A DNA stretch of 64,000 nucleotides. It comes from Candidatus Thiodubiliella sp. (GTDB lineage: Bacteria > Pseudomonadota > Gammaproteobacteria > PS1 > Pseudothioglobaceae). A program made the translations under genes and the position numbers. This document shows, piece after piece, positions 10,671 through 22,124 of the stretch. The notes beneath the pieces are model-generated. The model was not told the origin of the DNA. It saw only the letters and a list, made by a program, of their open reading frames with translations, and searched no databases. The stretch covers positions 87,425-151,424 of the forward strand of contig JAQRGB010000023.1 of assembly GCA_029237605.1 (NCBI GenBank), in the 5' to 3' direction. Each line of letters opens with the position of its first letter. The stretch's first letter is position 1.

Positions 10671-11679
10671 GCCTGAACAACTAAGCAGGACGCTAGCCAA
10701 ACAACTAGATTCAATTTATTTTGTTTTTGGCCCAGAACTTTTATTAGTAGAACAAAGTCTAACATATATTAAAAATACTGCAAAATCACAAGGTTTTGAC
10801 GAACACGTCAATTTTGAAATTAATGGTAATTTTGATTGGAGTAAAATTACAGCAGAGTTATCTGCAACTTCATTATTCTCATCAAAACGTATTATTGAAT
10901 GTCGCTTAAAAACTGGAAAAATTGGCGTCAAAGGCTCAAAAGCACTCACTGAAATTGCCGCAAATATAAATGATGATATTCTATTTATTGTCTCTACAAG
11001 CAAACTTGACAAACCTCAACAAAAAAGTAAATGGTTTAAAATGCTGGAAACAAATGGCAATATCGTGCAGGTTTGGGAGGTACAACGAGACCATCTTGTT
11101 GGCTGGATTGCTAACCATATGACAGAATTAGGGCTCGAAGCTAACCCAAAGATTACAGAAAACATTGCCCACTATACCGAAGGCAATTTATTGGCATCTA
11201 TGCAAGAAATCCAGAAATTAAAAATAGCTTACCCAGATGGTAATATTGATATTAAATATTACACACAACAACTTACTCAACAGTCACAATACACCGTATA
11301 TAATCTCATTGACTCGGCGCTAATAGGTGATAGCAACCAAATGCTTAAAATTTATAATTTAATGATTTATGAAACAGCAATGCCGATTATACTGAGTGGC
11401 TCTCTCTATCGAGAAATTAAATCAATCATCAATATGGCAATCGAATTACAACAAGTCAAACAAGTCAGCATTGTGATGAATAATCACATGGTATGGAAAA
11501 GCAAACAAGCAACCATTAGCAAAGTGCTAAAACGCCTGTCTTACCAACATTTACAAAAAATATTACTATTACTCGGACGTATTGACCGTTCAATCAAAGG
11601 AGTGGATAATCTAAATATTATTGACGAACTACGTATATTGTTACTAAATTTAGCAGGGAAAACATCATGGGATCAATAA
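10660..11679 (+). CDS. holA: DNA polymerase III subunit delta
   Basis: 339 aa. Called from position after lptE, size and general delta-subunit-like pattern. Confidence 0.65.
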   Translation: MRIRPEQLSRTLAKQLDSIYFVFGPELLLVEQSLTYIKNTAKSQGFDEHVNFEINGNFDWSKITAELSATSLFSSKRIIECRLKTGKIGVKGSKALTEIAANINDDILFIVSTSKLDKPQQKSKWFKMLETNGNIVQVWEVQRDHLVGWIANHMTELGLEANPKITENIAHYTEGNLLASMQEIQKLKIAYPDGNIDIKYYTQQLTQQSQYTVYNLIDSALIGDSNQMLKIYNLMIYETAMPIILSGSLYREIKSIINMAIELQQVKQVSIVMNNHMVWKSKQATISKVLKRLSYQHLQKILLLLGRIDRSIKGVDNLNIIDELRILLLNLAGKTSWDQ

Positions 11680-12926
11680 CTGATTTAATTACCACACTCG
11701 GTCAAAATGCACGCACCGCAACAAAAGTGCTTCGTAACGCAACCACGCAGCAAAAAAATAATGCCATAAATAATATTGCTTCACAAATTGACAAAAACCG
11801 CAAAGATATTTTGAGTGCTAACCGTAAAGACTTAAATCAAGGTAAGAATAACGAGTTGAGTATAGCGCTATTAGATAGATTAATGCTGAACAATGATCGT
11901 CTAAACAGCATTATCGAAAGTATTAAGCAAATCATCGATCTACCTGATTTAATTGGGGAAATTACTGACCTCAAATTTCGCCCAAGTGGTATTCAAGTAG
12001 GAAAAATGCGTGTGCCACTTGGAGTGATAGGTATTATTTATGAATCTCGCCCAAATGTAACAATTGATGCAGCAGTGCTTTGCCTTAAATCAGGTAATGG
12101 CGCGATTCTGCGTGGTGGTTCAGAGGCAATTCACTCTAACTTTGAGCTTTATAAATGTATTAAACAAGGTTTAATTAATGCAGATTTAAGCCCCTTGTCT
12201 GTACAATTCATTAATACAACCGACCGTAAAGCAATTACTGAATTGGTTAAAGCTAAGGATTATGTTGATGCCATTATTCCACGAGGTGGAAAAGGCTTAG
12301 TTGAAATAATTAGTGACAATGCAAAGATGCCAGTAATCAAACACTTACATGGCATTTGTCACACTTATATTGACAAAGATGCAGATACAAGAAAAGCTAT
12401 CAATATTGCCTTTAATGGTAAAACACATCGCTATGGATTATGTAATACTACAGAAACTTTATTAGTACATGCTTCTGCAGTTGGTCGTGTGATGCCTGAG
12501 CTAATCGCAGAATTTGTTGCTAAAGGCGTAGAACTTAGGGGTTGCGAACAGACAAAAAAGCTATCAAAACAAATCAAAAAAGCTACTGATAAAGATTGGG
12601 ATACAGAATATCTTGATGCAATTTTATCAATTCGTATTGTCAACTCAATGTCTGATGCTATAGACCATATTGAAAAACACAGCTCAGGTCATACCGAAGC
12701 CATAGTGAGTGAAAACTACACATCCATACGACGCTTTATAAGAGAAGTGGATTCATCTTCAGTAATGGTTAACGCTTCAACAAGCTTTGCTGATGGCTTT
12801 GAATATGGGTTAGGTGCAGAAATTGGCATAAGTACTGACAAATTTCATGTACGTGGGCCTGTTGGCTTAGAGGGACTAACCTCACAAAAATACATCATCC
12901 TTGGTGATGGACATATTCGCTCTTAA
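11667..12926 (+). CDS. proA: gamma-glutamyl phosphate reductase
   Basis: 419 aa with [20 protein letters not shown] and a catalytic Cys context ([12 protein letters not shown]). Confidence 0.9.
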   Translation: MGSITDLITTLGQNARTATKVLRNATTQQKNNAINNIASQIDKNRKDILSANRKDLNQGKNNELSIALLDRLMLNNDRLNSIIESIKQIIDLPDLIGEITDLKFRPSGIQVGKMRVPLGVIGIIYESRPNVTIDAAVLCLKSGNGAILRGGSEAIHSNFELYKCIKQGLINADLSPLSVQFINTTDRKAITELVKAKDYVDAIIPRGGKGLVEIISDNAKMPVIKHLHGICHTYIDKDADTRKAINIAFNGKTHRYGLCNTTETLLVHASAVGRVMPELIAEFVAKGVELRGCEQTKKLSKQIKKATDKDWDTEYLDAILSIRIVNSMSDAIDHIEKHSSGHTEAIVSENYTSIRRFIREVDSSSVMVNASTSFADGFEYGLGAEIGISTDKFHVRGPVGLEGLTSQKYIILGDGHIRS

Positions 12927-12932
12927 AATAAA

Positions 12933-14117
12933 ATGAATATAGAACAAACATTAACTATCTTTCAACAAGGTACAGATGAAATTTTGCCACTTAATGAATT
13001 AAAAGACAAATTAAAACGCAAAAAATATCTAAAAATTAAAGCTGGATTTGACCCAACAGCACCTGACTTACATCTAGGACATACAGTTTTAATCAATAAA
13101 CTAAAACAACTACAAGATTTAGGGCATGAAATCCAATTTTTGGTCGGTGACTTCACTGCAATGATTGGCGACCCAACTGGAAAGAGTAAATCTCGCCCAC
13201 CACTCTCAAGAGAGAAAATACAAGAAAATGCTAAAAGTTACACTACACAAGTTTTTAAAATTCTGGATGAGAAGAAAACCAAAGTCATATTTAATTCGCA
13301 GTGGATGGATAAGTTAACATCTATGAAATTTATTCAATTAGCATCAAAAAGAACAGTTGCTAGAATGCTTGAACGCAATGATTTTAAGGCTCGCTATAAA
13401 AACGATGATGATATTGCTATCCATGAATTTTTATATCCACTTGTTCAAGGATATGATTCTGTTGTGCTTGAAAGTGACATTGAGATTGGTGGAACAGACC
13501 AAAAGTTTAATCTATTAATGGGTAGAGAATTACAAAAACGTTATAATAAAGAACAGCAAGTCATTCTCACTATGCCTATTTTAGAGGGTCTGGATGGCGT
13601 ACAAAAAATGTCAAAATCATTAAACAACTATATCGGCATTAATGACAGTCCTGATAATATGTTTGGCAAAATTATGTCAATCTCAGATAATTTGATGTGG
13701 CACTATTTTGAATTACTTAGTTTTGAAAGTATAGAGACTATAGCCAACTTAAAACAAGAAATAAAACAAGGTAAAAATCCAAGAGACATTAAATTTATCC
13801 TAGCTAATAAAATTATTACTCGTTTTTATAATGCTGAATTTTCTAAACAAGCGCAACAAAACTTCATTAATCGTTTTTCTAAAAACCAAATCCCTAATGA
13901 TATGGCAGAATTCACTTTTGATACAGGAATCAAAATTGCCAATTTATTCAAAGACGCAGGGCTCTGTCCTAGCACTTCAAACGCTTATCAAATGATCAAA
14001 CAAGGTGCCGCTAAAATAAACAGCAAAAAAATTACTGACAGGAATTTAGTGCCAGAAATTGGCACAAAAGTCTATCAAGTTGGTAAGCGCAAATTTGCAA
14101 GAGTAACAATCAAATAA
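12933..14117 (+). CDS. tyrS: tyrosine--tRNA ligase
   Basis: 394 aa with class I motifs HLGH and KMSKS and a C-terminal S4-like domain. Confidence 0.9.
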   Translation: MNIEQTLTIFQQGTDEILPLNELKDKLKRKKYLKIKAGFDPTAPDLHLGHTVLINKLKQLQDLGHEIQFLVGDFTAMIGDPTGKSKSRPPLSREKIQENAKSYTTQVFKILDEKKTKVIFNSQWMDKLTSMKFIQLASKRTVARMLERNDFKARYKNDDDIAIHEFLYPLVQGYDSVVLESDIEIGGTDQKFNLLMGRELQKRYNKEQQVILTMPILEGLDGVQKMSKSLNNYIGINDSPDNMFGKIMSISDNLMWHYFELLSFESIETIANLKQEIKQGKNPRDIKFILANKIITRFYNAEFSKQAQQNFINRFSKNQIPNDMAEFTFDTGIKIANLFKDAGLCPSTSNAYQMIKQGAAKINSKKITDRNLVPEIGTKVYQVGKRKFARVTIK

Positions 14118-14213
14118 AAAAAATGTTATAATGTTTTACAAAGGTTTTTTACTGTGGCTCAATATATCTCTTAAATTGTGATATATTTGACTGATGTAAT
14201 AAATCCTTAATTT

Positions 14214-14559
14214 GGGGATGACATGGCTTCGACGAGGAGTTGGATCTCAAAGATGCATGCCGAGAATGAGAATAACTCGTAAAAATTTCTTAAAAAAGAT
14301 AGTTGCAAATAAAAACAACTACGCTCTAGCTGCATAGCTAGCCGCTTCCCTGGAATCGTCTGTGTTTCTTGGATAGCGGTCGATTACAGACTCGCTAGGA
14401 TTATTTTTTCAGGATAATTCGGTTAAAACTTACTGGGATCGCACTTGCAGTCCCTGATGGTCGGGTGGCAAGTTGCTAACTATAATAGACCAAGCTAAGC
14501 ATGTAGACTCTTTGTTTGAAAGTTTTCGGACGCGAGTTCAATTCTCGCCATCTCCACCA
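14214..14559 (+). ncRNA. ssrA: tmRNA (SsrA)
   Basis: 5' GGGGATGACATGGCTTCGACG; tag reading frame GCAAATAAAAACAACTACGCTCTAGCTGCATAG encodes ANKNNYALAA*; tRNA-like 3' end GGACGCGAGTTCAATTCTCGCCATCTCCACCA. Confidence 0.93.
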
Positions 14560-14680
14560 AATTCATATATTTTTAATACTCAAAATACCTATTGGTTCCT
14601 TTTAAGGAAGTATTTTGACGCATTATTTAAATATCATAAATTGGATTTAAAGTGAGAAATTATAAATCAACAAAAATTGC

Positions 14681-15039
14681 ATTTAGAAGCTTTGCATTGC
14701 TGCCTATCAATAGAGCTTTTTCTAATTAGAGGTGTGGTGTTGGTCTAAGGACAATCTTGAATAACCTAAAGCCATGTTTGATAAGATATTTGTTCTTAGC
14801 TCTGACAAACTTACGACATCGAAAATAAAAAGCAGTCAATCTTGTTACGTAAAAGCTTTGGATTAATATGGTGCTTTATTAATTAAATCCATAAAGATAT
14901 CAATATTTTTAAAAGATTCCTTTTATCTTAAACATAGCGTTTTTATAGATGGAATTGTACAACTCTCTTATTACATTTTTTAGATTTGTACCTTTGTTAG
15001 CCAGACTCATTCTTGCCAAGCCTAACAAAGATGTGGCTC
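14681..15039. repeat. 359-bp direct repeat, copy 1 (122 nt downstream of ssrA)
   Basis: Identical to 22125..22483 except at 2 positions (14715 G vs A, 15020 G vs T). Non-coding, AT-rich. Confidence 0.95.
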
Positions 15040-15078
15040 AAAGATTTTATTTTAAATAGTTATTGAAGATTGGCAGTA

Positions 15079-15990
15079 TTACAAGGAATTTTGCCAATCT
15101 TCTGAATAAAATAAAATTGGCGAATCTTCGCTCTCAAAAGTCTCAATTGACCAAGTGTCTGGTCGCTCAAAAATAGTAGATAGTAGTTGGTCATTCAATA
15201 GATGCCCAGTCTTGTAACCTTCATAATGCCCAATTAAGTTAGCACCCAATAAATATAAGTCACCGACAATATCTAAAATTTTATGCTTTACAAATTCATT
15301 CTCATAGCGCATACCATCTTCATTTAATACATCATCATCGCTTAGTGCAATTGCATTATCCATACTTGCTCCAAGCGCCAAATTATTTTCTTGCATACTT
15401 TTTACATCACGCATATAGCCAAAAGTTCTAGCTCTAGATATTTCTTTAAGATAAGACTTCTGCGCAAAATCAATACTGAGATTTTGCCCACTTTCCTTAA
15501 CTTTTTTATGATTAAAATCAATCTCAAGTGTTACTTTAAAGCCATCGTAAGGGGTTACTTGTGCCCAAGAATCATTATTTTCTACACGGATAGTATCATT
15601 AATCACAAAAAAATTTTTATGTGCATCCTGTTCTTCAATGCCAGCTGATTGTACTAAGAAAATAAATGGCGCTGACGAGCCATCCATAATTGGTACTTCA
15701 AACGAATCTAATTCTACCAATACATTATCAATGCCTAATGCTGAAAATGCACTCATTAAGTGCTCAATAGTTGAAATCTTAACGCCTTTATTTTCAATAC
15801 TAGTTGATAAAATTGCTTCGTTCACAAAGGCATTATGCGCTCGAATCAATTTTCCACCTACGTCCAGTCGCCTAAACACCACACCATGGTCAATCTCTGC
15901 TGGAATAAGCGTCATATTAATCATAACGCCGCTATGAATGCCAATACCTCGCGCTTTTATAGCTTTTTTTATTGTTCTTTGTTTGATCAT
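15079..15990 (-). CDS. lpxC: UDP-3-O-acyl-N-acetylglucosamine deacetylase
   Basis: 303 aa with N-terminal [16 protein letters not shown] and conserved LpxC core. Confidence 0.9.
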   Translation of the reverse strand: MIKQRTIKKAIKARGIGIHSGVMINMTLIPAEIDHGVVFRRLDVGGKLIRAHNAFVNEAILSTSIENKGVKISTIEHLMSAFSALGIDNVLVELDSFEVPIMDGSSAPFIFLVQSAGIEEQDAHKNFFVINDTIRVENNDSWAQVTPYDGFKVTLEIDFNHKKVKESGQNLSIDFAQKSYLKEISRARTFGYMRDVKSMQENNLALGASMDNAIALSDDDVLNEDGMRYENEFVKHKILDIVGDLYLLGANLIGHYEGYKTGHLLNDQLLSTIFERPDTWSIETFESEDSPILFYSEDWQNSL

Positions 15991-15992
15991 AT

Positions 15993-17219
15993 TTATAAAA
16001 GTTTGAAGTTTTTTATAAAACCCATTTTACTCAAAAAACTGTTTTTATTACTAGACTCTTGCTTAGAATCAAAATCATCAATCTCAAATAATAACAAACC
16101 TAAGGCACAAGCATACTCTGGACTTAGCCACTCATACTTTGCGCTAATGAGATCGGTGTTAATGCGCCCTACTTTGACTTTCTTTTTATAAAGACTACGC
16201 ATTAACTTATCACAATCTATCATTTTCGCACCACCACCAACTAAAACAAATCCTGATTTAAGAGAACGATATAAATTTTGATTGTTTAATTTTACTCTGA
16301 TCAATTTGAATAGCTCTAAGTAAGATTCTATTATTACTTCACTTAGAGATTCGTGGGATAGATAATAATAATTTGAATCATCTATTTGCTGAAACTTAAT
16401 AAGTGTATCATCGCCAAATTTAATTTGTGCCTGTCCATATTCTATTTTTAAACGCTCTGCCTCTTGGAAAGAAGTGTTGAATGCTTCAGAGATATCTTGA
16501 GTCACTTGTTTTACTCCAAACTGAATAACGCTACTATAAAAAATACCGCCATTCTTAAATACAGATAAATCAGTCACGCCTGAACCAATATCAACCAAGC
16601 AAACACCTTTGTCTTTCTCATCTTGAGTCAAACAAGGCTCACTACTTGCTATTGAATTTGGCACAATATTAGACAAACCCAAATCACTCCAGTGAATGCT
16701 ATGTTCAATTGCTTCCACATGATGATTAGATGCAGTAACAATATGCATACTAATACCTAAGTTATCCGCTTTTTTACCAACTGGTTGATTAATAGATTCA
16801 GGGTTTGTATCCAAAGTATAATGATGTATTATATTGTTAATAGCCTGATAATTTACTGGCATCTTTACCATTGACTCAATAATTTTAACAACAGTGTCTA
16901 TATCTGAGTGTCTAACTCTACTAGAGGGTACATGCGTATGGGCACTTTGATTAAACACTTTAATATTTGGGTCTGAAATATTAACACTTACATTTTGACC
17001 GCTTGGCCTCCGACTTTAATCTTTAAAAATTTTCTTTTTAATCTTTTTAATGACTTTTGCAATTTTTTTGGCATTTTCAACAACGCCGCATCTAACGCCA
17101 TCAGAATTATATTCCGCATAGCCAAAAACTTCTACTCTATTATTTTTAAACTCTGCAAGAAGAGCAACAATCTTGCTGCTACCAATATCAACACTTGCAA
17201 TAAAATTGCTATCAGACAT
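15993..17219 (-). CDS. ftsA: cell division protein FtsA (interrupted by in-frame TAA created at an adapter junction)
   Basis: Pieces 17016..17219 and 15993..16958 are in the same frame. Actin-like ATPase motifs ([22 protein letters not shown]) and a C-terminal amphipathic helix [14 protein letters not shown]. Confidence 0.85.
16997..17016 (-). other. MGI/BGI adapter fragment (first 20 nt of read-1 adapter, reverse complement)
   Basis: GACCGCTTGGCCTCCGACTT is the reverse complement of AAGTCGGAGGCCAAGCGGTC. Its last T starts the TAA at 17016..17018 that splits ftsA. Confidence 0.82.
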
Positions 17220-17234
17220 TTTGCAAGCCCATTT

Positions 17235-18179
17235 TTAATCTACGAAATTCAACCATTTATACAAATGCTCCAATTCAACCACTTTGCCACTGAGTAACTG
17301 TCTAAATTTTTTAGCATTCGGCTGAGCGTTATACAAACCCAAAATATGCCTAGTCATTGAGCGAATTGGCACCCCTTGCTTATTCTGTTTTTTTATATAT
17401 TCAATAAATTGTAATAATACTTGTTCACGTGACGATGTATCCAGAGTTTTATGATAAATTTTTTCATCTACTTCGTTGAGTAAATACGGCTTATGATATA
17501 CTGATCTACCCAGCATCACACTATCGACAAATTGCAGATGCACAATAGCATCATCGACACTCATAATACCGCCATTAATAGCGATAATAAGATGAGGAAA
17601 ATCTTTTTTAATCTGATACACCCACTCATAATTTAGTGATGGCACTTTGCGATTTTCTTTTGGGCTTAATCCTTTTAGCCACGCCTTTCTTGCATGAATA
17701 ACAAAATTCTCACAACCTGCATTTTCTACTTGTGAAATAAAGCTGGATAATTCCTCATAACTTTCCATATCATCCACGCCAATACGTGATTTTACACTTA
17801 CTGGTATATTACTTACCTGATGCATCGCATCAACGCAGTGTGCCACCACCTCTGGCGTTTGCATTAAACATGCGCCAAAACTTCCTAAGTGTACTTTGTT
17901 GGATGGACAACCAACATTAATATTTACCTCATCATATCCCCACTGTTGGGCAATCTTAGCACACTGCGCCATCTCACCTGGTTCACTACCACCTAATTGC
18001 AGTACTATCGGATGCTCTGCCATATCAAAATCCAATAGGCTATTTTTATCCCCATTAAGAATTGCCTTAGTCGTCACCATCTCGCTCCACAATTGCGTCT
18101 CTTTTGACAATAAACGATGAAAATATCGACAATGCCTATCAGTTAAATTCATCATCGGCGCTACTGAAAATTTATGCAT
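17235..18179 (-). CDS. dusA: tRNA-dihydrouridine synthase A
   Basis: 314 aa with FSVAPMMNLTDRHCRYF and DEVNINVGCPS. The DusA-type C-terminal region is present. Confidence 0.88.
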   Translation of the reverse strand: MHKFSVAPMMNLTDRHCRYFHRLLSKETQLWSEMVTTKAILNGDKNSLLDFDMAEHPIVLQLGGSEPGEMAQCAKIAQQWGYDEVNINVGCPSNKVHLGSFGACLMQTPEVVAHCVDAMHQVSNIPVSVKSRIGVDDMESYEELSSFISQVENAGCENFVIHARKAWLKGLSPKENRKVPSLNYEWVYQIKKDFPHLIIAINGGIMSVDDAIVHLQFVDSVMLGRSVYHKPYLLNEVDEKIYHKTLDTSSREQVLLQFIEYIKKQNKQGVPIRSMTRHILGLYNAQPNAKKFRQLLSGKVVELEHLYKWLNFVD

Positions 18180-18854
18180 TATTTTGTAAGTTTTTCTTCA
18201 CCTTTGACAATCTTACTAAATTCACAAATATGAAGTTCATGTTGCATAAATACTGATAAATAACTTAGTTTTTAGTTTTTCTATATTATTTTTTAATGAA
18301 TGTCTTTGTTAAACTAGCCACAAAGTTTTTGTTTATTTTATATAAAAATTATCGCCACTTAAAGCTAGATTTATTTTTTAAAATAATCATATATTTAATA
18401 AATTAAAAGAATTTTCGATAACTCTTTTAAGTATATTTCGTGAAAAAAAATCCATTTTTACTAATTCTATTTTTTTATCAACAGCCTTTGGTCACTAATG
18501 AATCATGAAATGATACTTTTCTTGTTTTTATAGGTACAGCATAGGCGTGTCTATAAATTACTGCCATTTTTTTGTATATTTTTACCTAACCTGGTATTTA
18601 TTCTGCGCTATGTTACAAGATAAACTTGCCATTCATCTAATTTTGTGTATCGCTTAATTTTTGATACTTTGACGTAGATTTACTATGTTACTGACAAGTT
18701 TTCGTGATATTATTGATTTGTTTACACTAATATTGTCAGCAATTAATAGCTTACGTTATTCTTTTCCTTAAATATTAATAAATATAGTATTTTTATTGTT
18801 AAACGATATGCTTGTATTGGTTAATTTACACTTAAATCTTAAATGAAGATTGCT

Positions 18855-19634
18855 TTAAAAATCTTGTTTTCTAATTTTTATGTAGCGCCTTTCATGTTTT
18901 ATGATTAATATTAACTGACGTAATCCTAATTTTAATTGAAAATAAATTCTTTTAATTCGAAAAACAAAATTACTTTTCGGCTTGTTAGTGTAGCTAATTA
19001 TAGATTTAGCAGCAATATTATTGGCAGGATTTTGAATAACGTAATTTTTACATTGATCTAATTGAATAATGGGAGCAGGCTCTATTTGGTAAGCTTTAAT
19101 ATTATGACATGCTGTGATATGCGCATCTGTTAATGCAATACCTTTTTGTTGTTCGCATTGTATAAGTTTTTTAGCACCTTGGGGCCAAAGTATATATCCC
19201 GCAGCACCTGTTCTATCCTGGTAGAGCCTAAAAATTCTTGAATCACAGGCAATACTTTTACCTGTCTTAGCGATGAATTTTTTTCTACTCCTATTTTCAA
19301 AGTTGACTAAATCCATGCCTTCTTTGTAAAAAAGACTTACAAGTAATTTTGGTACGCATTTTGATAACAACGCATCGTCTTCTAATATTAAAGCTGGTTG
19401 ATTAGTTTGAATAATTTTATCCCAAGCACGGCGATGAGAATAATAACACGCTACTTCTGTGTTTCTTAAAGAACGTTGCCAGTCTTTAGCGTGTTTTTTA
19501 TAGATTGTTGTGTTTATGTCATTAATTGAAATCGCATCTAAGAACTCAAAGTCTAATTTGAGTTTATTCATCTGAGTTTGTTGGAAATCGCGACGTTGTG
19601 TGGAATTTGGCAGACTAATGATTAGAATTCTCAT
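18855..19634 (-). CDS. glycosyltransferase family 25 (LOS/LPS beta-1,4-galactosyltransferase-like)
   Basis: MRILIISLPNSTQRRDFQ...DAISINDI...ILEDDALL is the typical GT25 N-terminal pattern. ATG at 19634 lies 2 nt after the stop of the upstream gene; the ORF track starts at an upstream TTG (19646). Confidence 0.75.
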   Translation of the reverse strand: MRILIISLPNSTQRRDFQQTQMNKLKLDFEFLDAISINDINTTIYKKHAKDWQRSLRNTEVACYYSHRRAWDKIIQTNQPALILEDDALLSKCVPKLLVSLFYKEGMDLVNFENRSRKKFIAKTGKSIACDSRIFRLYQDRTGAAGYILWPQGAKKLIQCEQQKGIALTDAHITACHNIKAYQIEPAPIIQLDQCKNYVIQNPANNIAAKSIISYTNKPKSNFVFRIKRIYFQLKLGLRQLILIIKHERRYIKIRKQDF

Positions 19635-19636
19635 TC

Positions 19637-20382
19637 TCACCACCAAGCAGTTTTGTCACGGGTGTGTCTGTCTTTTGTACGTTTATAAACGGTGTCAAAC
19701 TTTTGTAATCGTTTAAAAATCTCTAGTAAAATTTCACCAGCAATATTTATTTTTGCTGCTTTATTCAGGCGCCATCGCATATTCCTAAGAGTATCATCTG
19801 TGCCAAATTTAAACACTGAAGTGCCATCAAATAATACAAATCTATGATTATTGTCAATTTTGTTTTTTTTATTTTATCATCTTGGTAAAATTCAGCATTG
19901 GTTAAAAAACGTTCTGATTCTTGGATTTTAACGGTATTGAGTAGGCACGTACAAGCAATAGACAAACCTTTAATCGCATCATTGTATGAATAATCAGCAA
20001 AAGTATCTGCTGCTGACGCTAGCCAACGGGTATTAATATTTTTTAATAAGAAGCTTTTCTCTTGTTTCCAAAGCTGCTCAAATAATTGAAAATTATTTTT
20101 AGCTTTAAAATCTCGCCTAATTAAAACTATTATTTTAGCAAGTCGGATCGTAGCCATGTCGTTCTGTGAGCCAAGTAAATTCATTTTTAGGGCGTTAAAG
20201 TGCTCTTCTAGACTTTGTGAACTGCCATGCGTATAAACAACCTCATTGCCTGATATAATTTGTGTTTTTTGAGATTTAAAATCACTTGAAATTAATGATG
20301 ACAGATTATCAGCACCGGTACGTCTTTTGTGTTGTAATATTGAAAACCATCTTTCAAATCGTGTTTTATATCTTCTACCCAT
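19637..20382 (-). CDS. hypothetical protein of the glycosyltransferase cassette (1-nt homopolymer frameshift plus adapter block)
   Basis: ORF 19765..20382 continues in another frame (NKIDNNHRFVLFDGTSVFKFGTDDTLRNMRWRLNKAAK...TAWW*) after the T8 run at 19863..19870. Stop at 19637..19639. No family recognised. Confidence 0.5.
20140..20175 (+). other. MGI/BGI adapter fragment (first 36 nt of read-2 adapter)
   Basis: AAGTCGGATCGTAGCCATGTCGTTCTGTGAGCCAAG. Translated in the host ORF as [13 protein letters not shown]. Confidence 0.9.
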
Positions 20383-20440
20383 TAATAATTGTCTATTTTA
20401 ATAAAAATAATTGAATCGTTATGTTGTAATTAGCACAGTA

Positions 20441-21169
20441 TTACTCTTGCCAATATTTAGCAATCCAAGGAGATGGCTGAATATGGCGGTACCATTTACC
20501 GCTAATACCTTTAATAGCCTCAGGTGGATTAGGCAATCCATGAAAAATAATCACCTTTGCACCATTGGGAATAAATGGCGCTTGCACCCAAGATTTTATC
20601 CATGAAGGACAACAATGATACTTAAAACTTGGCACCCACTCATCTTGCCAATATTCAAGTTTTCCTAGCCTGCAGATCTCTCGTGATAAATATGCTTGTT
20701 CATGACGAACTTCTTTTTTTACTTGCTCTGAATTTTGTTCAAAGTAAGATAAAATTTGTGGATATTGTCCAATTTCAAAACGGAATACAGACGAGTTTCC
20801 TTCGATTTTTGTTGGTTTTTTCTTATCATGAACGATTAGAAAATCGCCTTTAACCATAAAAAAATCATCAATACTATTAACGATAACCACATCTAAATCT
20901 AAAAATAAAGCTTTGCCGCTCAACCCGCCAAAATCTTTTTTAAATATAGTGAGTTTATTCCAGCCTCGTTCAGGCGTATTAACTGATAAATTCAACTTTG
21001 GCAATGGCTGTATTTCTACCTCAGTGCGAATGCCACTATTATTCTCAGTAAAACACACAAACCTAAAAGGTAATGATAGATTTCGACTTATCATGCCATA
21101 TAAACGATTAACATATTGTGGCGGAAACTTATCGCCCCACTTCATGCAAATGATATTTACTTTATCCAT
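20441..21169 (-). CDS. putative glycosyltransferase (nucleotide-diphospho-sugar transferase-like)
   Basis: 242 aa. N-terminal ICMKWGDKFPPQYVNRLYGMISRNL and DxD-like FLDLDVVI resemble a widespread uncharacterised sugar-transferase family. Assigned from memory of family motifs only. Confidence 0.5.
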   Translation of the reverse strand: MDKVNIICMKWGDKFPPQYVNRLYGMISRNLSLPFRFVCFTENNSGIRTEVEIQPLPKLNLSVNTPERGWNKLTIFKKDFGGLSGKALFLDLDVVIVNSIDDFFMVKGDFLIVHDKKKPTKIEGNSSVFRFEIGQYPQILSYFEQNSEQVKKEVRHEQAYLSREICRLGKLEYWQDEWVPSFKYHCCPSWIKSWVQAPFIPNGAKVIIFHGLPNPPEAIKGISGKWYRHIQPSPWIAKYWQE

Positions 21170-21665
21170 TTTTTAATTACATTTAACTTCTTTATCTTAT
21201 TAACTATCATCTTTAGCGCATCAATACTAAATAATATTTTATAAATACTACTTAACAGTTCTTTAACACCTGTACGCAAAAAAATAAGTATTCGACTGAG
21301 TTTGTCTTTAATTTTTCAAGCATCGATGTAATATAATTATACTGCTATTAACAAGAGTATGGCGATGCCATTATTATCAATAAAAATAAGAGACTATAAA
21401 TTACCTGAATATTATTTCAATAATGTTACCTGTATTATAAATTGTACATCTTATAACTGCTAATCTGAGAAAACCAGCACCACCAATGGTAAGTATTTTT
21501 ATAAACTAATCTAGCTAATTTATTAGACATAAAAACCATACAATAAACCAAACCACCCGCCTAATCACTAATGATTTGACTTCAACTTAAATAAACTACA
21601 CAAACAATACATAAATAATAAAAATAACACACCATTAATTGGTGGATCAATTGCCACTTTACTAT

Positions 21666-21807
21666 TTGTTGTATTGTTGTATTGTTGTATTGTTGTATTG
21701 TTGTATTGTTGTATTGTTGTATTGTTGTATTGTTGTATTGTTGTATTGTTGTATTGTTGTATTGTTGTATTGTTGTATTGTTGTATTGTTGTATTGTTGT
21801 ATTGTTG
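21666..21807. repeat. octanucleotide tandem repeat (TTGTTGTA)x17.75
   Basis: 17 perfect 8-nt units from 21666 to 21801 plus the partial TTGTTG. Lies about 500 nt upstream (minus-strand sense) of the glycosyltransferase gene start at 21169. Confidence 0.97.
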
Positions 21808-22124
21808 CTCTTAACTTGATATTGAGTGATTAATAGATATCAAATTAACAGCCTTATAGCCATGCTTTATTACTATCTTTGTAATACTCTTTTAGCTCTT
21901 GCACATATTGATAAATTTTTATATAAGGACAAGACTTGCAAATACTACAAAATGTGTTATTTTTCAGAAAATCTGAAGAAATGTAGAATTATTTTTCTAG
22001 ATTACAATAATTATTATTATAAGTTCGTTATCTATATTAATTTAGAACGCTATTATTCTACTAGGAGATAAAAATAAAAAGATATCACTATGAGTACTTA
22101 CGTGCCTTCAATGCAGTGCTGAGT

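Noticed and set aside
14473-15078. Integrase or prophage island at the ssrA 3' end, and ORF 14473..14655.
   Set aside because: The ORF overlaps the tmRNA 3' domain. No integrase-like reading frame and no duplicate of the ssrA 3' end was found downstream. Only the 359-bp repeat is notable, and it is reported separately.
21666-21807. CRISPR-like array.
   Set aside because: The units are 8 nt and directly abutting, with no spacers, and no cas genes occur in the window.
21639-21833. ORF encoding a Cys-rich repeat protein (LYCCIVVL repeated).
   Set aside because: It is simply the translation of the 8-nt tandem repeat, whose 24-nt period gives the 8-aa period. It has no start context and no flanking coding signal.
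21826-22071. 81-aa ORF rich in Tyr/Asn/Lys.
   Set aside because: Its composition reflects AT-rich non-coding DNA. It has no motif, no ribosome-binding context, and lies in the gene-free stretch between the octamer repeat and repeat copy 2.
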